DNA of 13,548 bases from a virus (taxonomy: Duplodnaviria; Heunggongvirae; Uroviricota; Caudoviricetes), in the IMG/VR virus record IMGVR_UViG_2541047854_000008. The stretch is one strand, 5' to 3'. Shown here one piece after another: positions 7,497 to 13,548 of the stretch. The position numbers were made by a program, and so were the translations under genes. The stretch's first letter is position 1. Each line of letters starts with the position of its first letter. The notes beneath the pieces are model-generated. The model was given only the letters and a program-made list of their open reading frames with translations. It ran no database searches and was not told the DNA's origin.

Positions 7497-7537
7497 TAAT
7501 TATGGCAAGTTGATTGTTGAAAATCAATTTAGTGGAT

Positions 7538-8320
7538 TTAGGCGCAATACAAAGGATCATTAGCAGCTCTAATACCGCCCTGAATCGCAAGCCCTGTATG
7601 GCAATTTGACATTGAGCATGATTGCCATCTGTGCAAGGGACCTCCATTAATCGAAACTTCCAGCAGATCTTTATCTCCTTTCATCCTGACCCCTTCATAC
7701 AACATATCAAGACGCTCAACAATCAATCCTGTTGGAGGTTCCATTTTTAGAACGAGGGCAAACTCTCCTGGCCCACGTCGTATTGTTATACGCGGGCCGG
7801 TACACTCCACATCCCAATTGTCTGATTTAGCTTTCCATTCATTTTCATCTATCAGTAAAGTCTCCTTACCAATAGAATTACAGAAAATTCCTGATAAAAG
7901 CATCGGTCCATGTGGTATGGGTGAAGGTTTCACAGAAAGAATGGGTTGTTCGTTGACTACAATCAAATTTTGACAGTTATGAAACGTCACTCCTGCAAAT
8001 TTTACTGTTATAGGCTCATTATGAAAATCAAACATTTCATTTGCAAAACCAGCCTGTAAGCACTTGGGATTTCTGTCAGCTATTTCCACTGTCTGTGCTG
8101 AAAGTCTACCACGAGCTCTTTTTTGATTGCATTGGGAGCAAAGAAGTGTCATTCCATTCGGATCATGTATTTTGGCATCAACGAAGTCAGGTTTAAAATG
8201 CTCATAATCATAAAATCCAAATCCACAAATTACACAGCCAAAGCCGCACCTTTGCCTTATCTGACGTTTTATTGTCTCAGGTATTCTTCTTGAGAGCCCG
8301 TGTTTATTAATATTGTCCAT
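7538..8320 (-). CDS. Hypothetical 260-aa protein with an N-terminal zinc-finger HNH (beta-beta-alpha-Me) nuclease motif and an uncharacterised ~190-aa C-terminal domain
   Basis: ATG at 8318-8320 with an in-frame stop 5 codons upstream and only a weak SD. Residues 25-65 read RCGFGCVICGFGFYDYEHFKPDFVDAKIHDPNGMTLLCSQCNQ, i.e. C-x3-C-x2-C ... EH ... N ... C-x2-C-N, the spacing typical of HNH nucleases. The C-terminal region is not recognised. The gene is AT-rich relative to the lambda-like core. Confidence 0.6.
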   Translation of the reverse strand: MDNINKHGLSRRIPETIKRQIRQRCGFGCVICGFGFYDYEHFKPDFVDAKIHDPNGMTLLCSQCNQKRARGRLSAQTVEIADRNPKCLQAGFANEMFDFHNEPITVKFAGVTFHNCQNLIVVNEQPILSVKPSPIPHGPMLLSGIFCNSIGKETLLIDENEWKAKSDNWDVECTGPRITIRRGPGEFALVLKMEPPTGLIVERLDMLYEGVRMKGDKDLLEVSINGGPLHRWQSCSMSNCHTGLAIQGGIRAANDPLYCA

Positions 8321-8450
8321 ATGGTTAGTACGCTATAAGTTTGTTTCTATAATTTTACCACAATAGATAAGTTTGTATCAGAAATCGCTATATGGAGTGA
8401 GCGGAATATTTATATTATTCATGCAATTGCTCTCCCGTACGCAGCCCGCA

Positions 8451-8476
8451 CTTCCGTCATCGCAGAATGACGGAAG
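8451..8476 (-). promoter_or_regulatory. Perfect 10-bp inverted repeat (CTTCCGTCAT-cgcaga-ATGACGGAAG) in the intergenic region between the 107-aa and 260-aa genes; candidate operator or attenuator hairpin
   Basis: Read directly from the sequence. It lies 19 nt past the stop of the 107-aa ORF and upstream of an AT-rich stretch that contains an extended -10-like TGGTAAAAT (- strand, about 8350-8360). No U-tract follows on either strand. Confidence 0.3.
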
Positions 8477-8494
8477 CCTTACTAACTAGCGCCT

Positions 8495-8818
8495 TTATTG
8501 AAACAGATTCTGAGGTAAATGCGGCAATACTTGACTCCACTTATCATCCTGCCACGGCTGAAGTTTTACATGTGCCGTTTCTCGGGCGAGGATTGCTCGC
8601 GCTCTGTTGAGTCTCTGGGGATATTCTTGCTCGATGGAAGTGAAGTGACCAGCCTCACCATGCTCCGCATCCTGAAGAAGATGAGTAACGTTCTGGTAGG
8701 CAATTAACATCACATTCCCTGCTCGCCATAACCAGGCGAGTGTGCAAAGTTCGTTATCAGTGAATTGTTTTGTGATTGGGAATTGTTGAACTGCTAGAAC
8801 GGGAACGCCAGCATCCAT
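8495..8818 (-). CDS. Hypothetical protein, 107 aa, no recognised family; upstream partner of the HNH-motif gene
   Basis: ATG at 8816-8818 with an in-frame TAG 3 codons upstream and AGGGA 8 nt upstream. Translation MDAGVPVLAVQQFPITKQFTDNELCTLAWLWRAGNVMLIAYQNVTHLLQDAEHGEAGHFTSIEQEYPQRLNRARAILARETAHVKLQPWQDDKWSQVLPHLPQNLFQ. Coding status rests on ORF length and position only. Confidence 0.45.
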   Translation of the reverse strand: MDAGVPVLAVQQFPITKQFTDNELCTLAWLWRAGNVMLIAYQNVTHLLQDAEHGEAGHFTSIEQEYPQRLNRARAILARETAHVKLQPWQDDKWSQVLPHLPQNLFQ

Positions 8819-8929
8819 TGGCAGTCCCTATAGTAAAACCATAGCTCAGGACGCTTCGTTCAGGATAGATACTTTTATTGTACTTACCTAACTTTCTTAC
8901 TATAGCACGGTTGGAAAAGTGATTATTAC

Positions 8930-10456
8930 TCAAAAATAAACCTCACCATCAACCATATATTTGAGAGTACTTATCGCCTGCTGGGCGGATATTGTTTTCA
9001 TTAAAGGATAGTGTTTAAAAACAATGCCATTCATAAAATAGATATCACAGGTTTTATTATCTGTATTGATTATGATTTTTTCGAATGTTTTATAGGCAAG
9101 TGTACGACATAGCTCTCGCCCATTTTTACTGGTTAAGTCAATAGCATGAAAATCACCAAGTGAACTCACCGCTTTACTCTTCAAAGTTTTTAATGATACC
9201 GAAGCCCTTCGTAATTCTTTATCTAATACTCTGATTTTTTCTGCTATAGCGGTAACTTCAGGCGCAACAGATAATGCAGCAATTAAATTATTAATTTTCA
9301 TCTGGAGCTCAATAATTTTCAACTCTAAAGTTTCATTAGCATCTTTCTTGTTTTCAACTGGTTGGATTTTACTACAATTAAAAAGCAACTCATTAATGAT
9401 ATTATAATCAACCAAATCTCTCTTTATTGATGGCCTGTCACATCGATGCAGTCTTCTCATCGGACAAACATAATAGCCATGCAAACTTCCAGATACCGCA
9501 TGAACAATCATGGTATTACCACAAGCCTCGCACTTCATAACTGTTCGAAGTAGATTTATCAACATAGGATTTTTGCTACTATTGCTAATACCAAAAGGTG
9601 CCAACCGAATTTCCTGCACAGCGTAAAACAAATCATCTGATATGACTCTGGGATAATAGCCAGCGATTTCACTTATTCCTTTACCTCTTGCACGATATGA
9701 AGGTACGCATATACCTATCAGAGCTTTATTCGCTAATAATTTTTCAATTACAGAAGGCCCCCATGCACTTTCTTTGCCTGAGAAATTTTTTACAGCATGA
9801 TCATTTAAATACTTGGCTATTGCATTCAATGATCGCCTTTCCATCCTGAGTTTAAAAATTAGCTCAATCGTTTTCACCCTGTCGGGGTCTGGAATAAAAG
9901 CTGTTCTTTTGTCATCCAATGAGAGCCATCTCGGACAAGACGCCGTCATAATCGTGCCTGACTCCAGTGCATCCTGCCGTTTTTTCTTCCATGATAATTT
10001 AACCCGACTTGACTTTATCTCGCTTTCTTCATTTGCCCTTTGTGCTATAAGTATGGCTTTTATTAATGAATATGGATCATTCAAAGAGTCAATATTATAG
10101 ACTGTATTATCGCAAAGAGTTATAACATCAATACCGTGATTCAAAATCAATTTCAGACGCTCAATCGCTTCACCGACTTTTTCTCTTGAAAGTCTGTCCA
10201 AACTTTCAACTAACAATGTAGTTCCTGGCAATATATAACCATGCTCTATAGCATCTAAAAATTCCGAAAAAGCTCCTGATTGTGCATGCTTTCCTTTGAA
10301 TGCACTTAATCCTAAATCTTCATATGTTATGGTATCAAGATAATAATCACTATTTACCTTTAACCATTCAGCAATAAGTCTTCTCTGTCGGTTCAATGAG
10401 TCGCCAGACATCTGACCTGGTGATGAAAATCGCATATATGCTATGGCTTTTTTCAT
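8930..10456 (-). CDS. ybcK: Large serine recombinase (resolvase/invertase-type N-terminal catalytic domain plus recombinase and zinc-ribbon domains), 508 aa
   Basis: ATG at 10454-10456. The N-terminus MKKAIAYMRFSSPGQMSGDSLNRQRRLIAEW... carries the serine-recombinase catalytic motif (YxRxSS). The C-terminal part has a Cys cluster (CEACGN...CPMRRLHRC) and a coiled-coil-like segment. Matches K-12 YbcK in length and sequence as recalled. AT-rich. Confidence 0.9.
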   Translation of the reverse strand: MKKAIAYMRFSSPGQMSGDSLNRQRRLIAEWLKVNSDYYLDTITYEDLGLSAFKGKHAQSGAFSEFLDAIEHGYILPGTTLLVESLDRLSREKVGEAIERLKLILNHGIDVITLCDNTVYNIDSLNDPYSLIKAILIAQRANEESEIKSSRVKLSWKKKRQDALESGTIMTASCPRWLSLDDKRTAFIPDPDRVKTIELIFKLRMERRSLNAIAKYLNDHAVKNFSGKESAWGPSVIEKLLANKALIGICVPSYRARGKGISEIAGYYPRVISDDLFYAVQEIRLAPFGISNSSKNPMLINLLRTVMKCEACGNTMIVHAVSGSLHGYYVCPMRRLHRCDRPSIKRDLVDYNIINELLFNCSKIQPVENKKDANETLELKIIELQMKINNLIAALSVAPEVTAIAEKIRVLDKELRRASVSLKTLKSKAVSSLGDFHAIDLTSKNGRELCRTLAYKTFEKIIINTDNKTCDIYFMNGIVFKHYPLMKTISAQQAISTLKYMVDGEVYF

Positions 10457-10638
10457 GGTGACACCTGCTAACGTATGCTTTTATAAACCTTAGTGGTGGG
10501 ATATAACTTTTGTTTAATTTTTATTTAAAAAGACAATTAAGGTCACATTATCTTGAATATACAACAATAATCGTATTGCAATTTTCTCACGCCATAATCT
10601 TGAAAGCACAAAAGAATACATAAAAAATAAAGACATTA

Positions 10639-10680
10639 ACAAAAAGCATAAAACGAGGCTCATATAAATATAAGAGCCTC
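10639..10680 (-). terminator. Intrinsic terminator downstream of emrE
   Basis: Hairpin GAGGCTC...GAGCCTC (10654-10679) is followed on the - strand by GTTTTATGCTTTTT, about 32 nt after the emrE stop. Confidence 0.5.
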
Positions 10681-10711
10681 CATATTTTAGTCGTTTAAAA
10701 ACAAATTATTT

Positions 10712-11044
10712 TTAATGTGGTGTGCTTCGTGACAATAAATTAATAACCAACACACCGGCACAAATCAACATCATGCCTATAATGGCTGGCAGGTCCAGCC
10801 GTTGGCCGAAAAATCCCCATGACAGTAAGCTAATCAGGACAATACCGACTCCTGACCAGATAGCATAAGCAATCCCTGTAGGAATATAAGCCAGCGTCTG
10901 AGCTAATAACCAGAATGATGCACAATAACAAATAATTGTACCAACAGATGGCCATAACCGTGTAAAACCTTCTGAAAACTTCATTAAGGTTGTACCAATG
11001 ACCTCTGCAAGTATTGCACCACCAAGATAAATATAAGGGTTCAT
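10712..11044 (-). CDS. emrE: Small multidrug resistance (SMR) efflux transporter EmrE, 110 aa
   Basis: ATG at 11042-11044. The translation MNPYIYLGGAILAEVIGTTLMKFSEGFTRLWPSVGTIICYCASFWLLAQTLAYIPTGIAYAIWSGVGIVLISLLSWGFFGQRLDLPAIIGMMLICAGVL..NLLSRSTPH is recognisably EmrE (four TM helices, conserved Glu14). The track's TTG at 11098 is an extension. Confidence 0.95.
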   Translation of the reverse strand: MNPYIYLGGAILAEVIGTTLMKFSEGFTRLWPSVGTIICYCASFWLLAQTLAYIPTGIAYAIWSGVGIVLISLLSWGFFGQRLDLPAIIGMMLICAGVLVINLLSRSTPH

Positions 11045-11060
11045 AGCATATTCTTTCCTG

Positions 11061-11093
11061 TTCAAACTGGAGAGAATTGTACTACAGTTTGAA
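11061..11093 (-). promoter_or_regulatory. 9-bp perfect inverted repeat (TTCAAACTG - 15 nt - CAGTTTGAA) immediately upstream of emrE; possible operator or transcript-processing hairpin
   Basis: Read directly from the sequence, between the ren stop (11112) and the emrE start (11044). Function unknown. Confidence 0.2.
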
Positions 11094-11111
11094 ATCAACT
11101 CACCTGTTTCA

Positions 11112-11414
11112 TCATTGTGTACCCATTGATGTTCTTTTATATACCCTCAATACGCGTTTCATCGCGGCACTCTGGCGACACTCCTTAAAAATCAGATTCG
11201 TGCTCACCTTTCCTTCCCGTTCTTCTCTGGTAGCGAACCGGTAATACACCGTTCGCCAGACCTTACCATCAACGACCAGGATTCCTGCCCGCGCCATTTT
11301 AGCCGCAGCCTGATTTATGCTGGTTACGGTTGCGCCTGTTACCGCGGCAACGTCCTGTGCACAGAAGCTCTTATGCGTCCCCAGGTAATGAATAATTGCC
11401 TCTTTGCCCGTCAT
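11112..11414 (-). CDS. renD: Ren protein homolog (lambda Ren, protects against Rex exclusion), 100 aa
   Basis: The translation MTGKEAIIHYLGTHKSFCAQDVAAVTGATVTSINQAAAKMARAGILVVDGKVWRTVYYRFATREEREGKVSTNLIFKECRQSAAMKRVL... is recognisably lambda Ren. The ATG overlaps the P stop (ATGA), as in lambda. Confidence 0.85.
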   Translation of the reverse strand: MTGKEAIIHYLGTHKSFCAQDVAAVTGATVTSINQAAAKMARAGILVVDGKVWRTVYYRFATREEREGKVSTNLIFKECRQSAAMKRVLRVYKRTSMGTQ

Positions 11415-12112
11415 ACACTTGCTCCTTTCAGTCCGAACTTAGCTTTAATTTCTGCGATCTTCGCCAGAGCCTGTGCACGATTTAGAGGTCTACCGCCCAT
11501 AACAGGAAGTTGTTTTACTGGTTCAGGTATCGTCTCACCACGGTTAATTCGCGCTGTCATACAGGTCAGTTCATCGGCAGCCTTGCGCCGTAATTCCGCG
11601 TCAGTCAGCGCATTGGCCCGCATGTTCTGGTACAAGTTGGTAACCAACCAGTAATGCGCGTTCGATTTCCACGGATAAGACTCTGCATCCGGATACAGGC
11701 CACGCTTCCGGCAATACTCGTAAACCATATCAACCAGCTCGCTGACGTTTGGCAGCCCGGCGTTAACAGATGCTTCTTCCCGGCACCAGGCGACAAACTG
11801 CCCGGGTGATGGCAGGAATGGTCGATTCTGCCGACGGGCTACGCGCATTCCAGCGTTAACCTGTTCCATTGTGGTGATCCCGTTTTCCCGGAAAGCCAGA
11901 ACCCACTGGCGGCGGATTTCGTTCAGTTCATTCTGGTCACGGTTAGCCAGGCTCGCCGGGAAAGTTGCCAGTAACTGGCTGAACACACCGTTGATGATCT
12001 GCGCTACCTGCTGTACCTGTGGCTTTTCGTCGTACTGTTCCGGCATGTTGTTGGCGATCCGGCGCATCTGCTCACAGTCAAAGTTAACCATCTGTGCGGC
12101 GATGTTTTTCAT
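11411..12112 (-). CDS. P: Replication protein P (DnaB helicase loader) homolog, 233 aa, apparently full length
   Basis: The translation MKNIAAQMVNFDCEQMRRIANNMPEQYDEKPQVQQVAQIINGVFSQLLATFPASLANRDQNELNEIRRQWVLAFRENGITTMEQVNAGMRVARRQNRPFLPSPGQFVAWCREEASV... is near-identical to lambda P as recalled. The start ATG overlaps the stop of the upstream O-frame remnant (ATGA), as in lambda. Confidence 0.9.
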   Translation of the reverse strand: MKNIAAQMVNFDCEQMRRIANNMPEQYDEKPQVQQVAQIINGVFSQLLATFPASLANRDQNELNEIRRQWVLAFRENGITTMEQVNAGMRVARRQNRPFLPSPGQFVAWCREEASVNAGLPNVSELVDMVYEYCRKRGLYPDAESYPWKSNAHYWLVTNLYQNMRANALTDAELRRKAADELTCMTARINRGETIPEPVKQLPVMGGRPLNRAQALAKIAEIKAKFGLKGASV

Positions 12113-12288
12113 AGCTCCACCCCGTAAATCCAGTCAGTGTTCGTCAGGTCGAGTTTTGGTTTGCCGGCTATCACGCCAGCCTGTTGCTTGTTTCGGTTGA
12201 TTTCGAGCTGGGTCCACTTGTCGCGGAGTTTGGCCGGACTTAGCACGTTACAGGCAACACGTAAAGATCCAACCAAGCCAAAATCTCC
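12109..12288 (-). pseudogene. O: 3'-terminal remnant of replication initiator gene O (only the last several tens of codons); no start codon, so the ori-containing part of O is absent
   Basis: The - strand frame ending in TGA at 12109-12111 encodes ...AGVIAGKPKLDLTNTDWIYGVEL, which matches my recollection of the lambda O C-terminus, and has the lambda-like O/P ATGA overlap. The frame is closed by an in-frame stop at 12289-12291 and there is no N-terminal part. The exact junction with int-upstream sequence is not determined. Confidence 0.45.
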
Positions 12289-12384
12289 TTACCTCACAAC
12301 ACGGCAAGCCTGCATTGCGGCGCTTCAGTCTCCGCTGCATACTGTCCAGGTGAGCGCGGGTGATGGCATAACAGAGGAAAGAAA

Positions 12385-13548
12385 ATGTCACTCTTCCGCA
12401 GAAATGAAATATGGTATGCCTCGTATTCGCTCCCGGGCGGGAAACGAATTAAGGAATCTCTTGGCACAAAGGACAAGCGGCAAGCTCAGGAGTTGCACGA
12501 CAAGCGAAAAGCAGAACTCTGGCGAGTAGAAAAGCTAGGGGATTTACCTGATGTCACTTTTGAAGAGGCCTGCCTAAGATGGCTTGAGGAAAAAGCTGAT
12601 AAAAAATCTCTCGATTCAGATAAAAGCCGGATTGAGTTCTGGCTTGAACATTTTGAGGGTATAAGGCTTAAAGATATCTCGGAGGCAAAGATTTACTCTG
12701 CTGTAAGCAGAATGCATAACAGAAAGACGAAAGAAATATGGAAACAGAAAGTTCAGGCCGCCATCAGGAAAGGTAAAGAACCGCCTGTTTATGAACCAAA
12801 GCCAGTATCAACTCAGACAAAGGCAAAGCATCTTGCCATGATAAAGGCCATTCTCCGTGCTGCAGAACGCGACTGGAAGTGGCTGGAAAAAGCGCCTGTC
12901 ATCAAGATACCAGCGGTCAGAAACAAGCGAGTCAGATGGCTGGAAAAGGAGGAAGCAAAACGCCTTATTGATGAGTGCCCCGAACCACTGAAATCTGTCG
13001 TCAAGTTTGCGCTGGCAACTGGTCTGAGAAAGTCGAACATCATAAATCTGGAATGGCAACAAATCGACATGCAGCGACGAGTTGCCTGGGTGAATCCAGA
13101 AGAGAGCAAATCAAACCGCGCCATTGGTGTGGCGCTGAACGATACCGCCTGTAAAGTGTTGCGTGATCAAATAGGCAAGCATCACAAATGGGTGTTTGTA
13201 CATACCAAGGCGGCTAAGCGAGCAGATGGAACATCAACGCCTGCGGTCAGGAAGATGCGCATCGACAGCAAGACATCATGGCTATCAGCTTGTCGTCGTG
13301 CAGGAATTGAAGATTTCCGTTTCCATGACCTCAGACACACCTGGGCAAGCTGGCTGATTCAGTCAGGCGTCCCATTATCAGTGCTTCAGGAAATGGGCGG
13401 ATGGGAGTCCATAGAAATGGTTCGTAGGTATGCTCACCTTGCGCCTAATCATTTGACAGAGCATGCGAGGAAAATAGACGACATTTTTGGTGATAATGTC
13501 CCAAATATGTCCCACTCTGGAATTATGGAGGATATAAAGAAGGCGTAA
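12385..13548 (+). CDS. intD: Tyrosine site-specific integrase (phage integrase family), 387 aa
   Basis: ATG at 12385 preceded by GAGGAAAG. The C-terminal catalytic region has the R...HxxR...Y signature ([15 protein letters not shown]...VRRYAHL). Length and sequence match K-12 IntD as recalled. The stop codon is the last 3 nt of the window, so the attachment site or tRNA is outside the window. Confidence 0.9.
   Translation: MSLFRRNEIWYASYSLPGGKRIKESLGTKDKRQAQELHDKRKAELWRVEKLGDLPDVTFEEACLRWLEEKADKKSLDSDKSRIEFWLEHFEGIRLKDISEAKIYSAVSRMHNRKTKEIWKQKVQAAIRKGKEPPVYEPKPVSTQTKAKHLAMIKAILRAAERDWKWLEKAPVIKIPAVRNKRVRWLEKEEAKRLIDECPEPLKSVVKFALATGLRKSNIINLEWQQIDMQRRVAWVNPEESKSNRAIGVALNDTACKVLRDQIGKHHKWVFVHTKAAKRADGTSTPAVRKMRIDSKTSWLSACRRAGIEDFRFHDLRHTWASWLIQSGVPLSVLQEMGGWESIEMVRRYAHLAPNHLTEHARKIDDIFGDNVPNMSHSGIMEDIKKA

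Noticed and set aside
8519-8707. 62-aa + strand ORF
   Set aside because: Antisense to the 107-aa ORF and shorter than it, with no RBS. It is kept in mind because the 107-aa ORF is itself unassigned, but the - strand ORF is longer and co-oriented with its neighbours.
8828-8905. 9-bp inverted repeat CTATAGTAA / TTACTATAG separated by about 60 bp, upstream of the 107-aa ORF
   Set aside because: The arms are too far apart for a simple hairpin and the flanks are not conserved. It may be a coincidental AT-rich match or promoter elements, so it was not called as a feature.
9813-10100. 95-aa + strand ORF inside ybcK
   Set aside because: Antisense to the serine recombinase gene.
11373-12529. ORFs 11373..11654 (+), 11605..11796 (-), 11871..12200 (+), 12137..12529 (+) and 12294..12476 (-)
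   Set aside because: Overlap P, the O remnant or the intD start in wrong frames or antisense. 12137..12529 was checked as a possible xis and does not resemble an excisionase; it runs across the intD start out of frame.
12808-13124. ORFs 12808..13062 (-) and 12813..13124 (-) inside intD
   Set aside because: Antisense to the integrase gene.
1-13548. CRISPR arrays, tRNA or rRNA genes, retron or type III toxin-antitoxin ncRNA
   Set aside because: No array of regularly spaced direct repeats and no cloverleaf-compatible tRNA-like segment were seen. The integrase-adjacent tRNA expected from DLP12 biology must lie beyond the window end. No reverse transcriptase gene is present to support a retron.

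Overview
The window is a defective lambdoid prophage of the DLP12 type (Escherichia-like), with the late genes on the - strand. Calls rest on reading the supplied ORF translations against remembered lambda, phage 21 and E. coli K-12 DLP12 proteins, plus hand-checked start codons and overlaps; no database search was possible. Gene order from high to low coordinates: intD (+ strand, ends at the window edge), a short 3' remnant of replication gene O, intact P, ren, the emrE efflux gene, the large serine recombinase ybcK, a two-gene insert I do not recognise (107-aa hypothetical, then a 260-aa protein with an N-terminal HNH nuclease motif), ybcN/ninB, ninE, ybcO, rusA, ylcG, quuD (Q), an intact nmpC porin on the + strand, essD pinholin, rrrD SAR endolysin, Rz/Rz1, borD (+), ylcI (+), an intact lambda-type cos site, and nohD (Nu1) with an altered C-terminus abutting the 3' end of an IS transposase gene. 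There is no xis, exo/bet/gam, N, cI/cro or cII, and no head or tail genes, so the element cannot be a complete phage. The most interesting locus is the AT-rich two-gene insert at 7538..8818, a candidate uncharacterised accessory or anti-phage module sitting where K-12 DLP12 carries ybcL/ybcM (from memory). No rRNA, tRNA or CRISPR array was seen.
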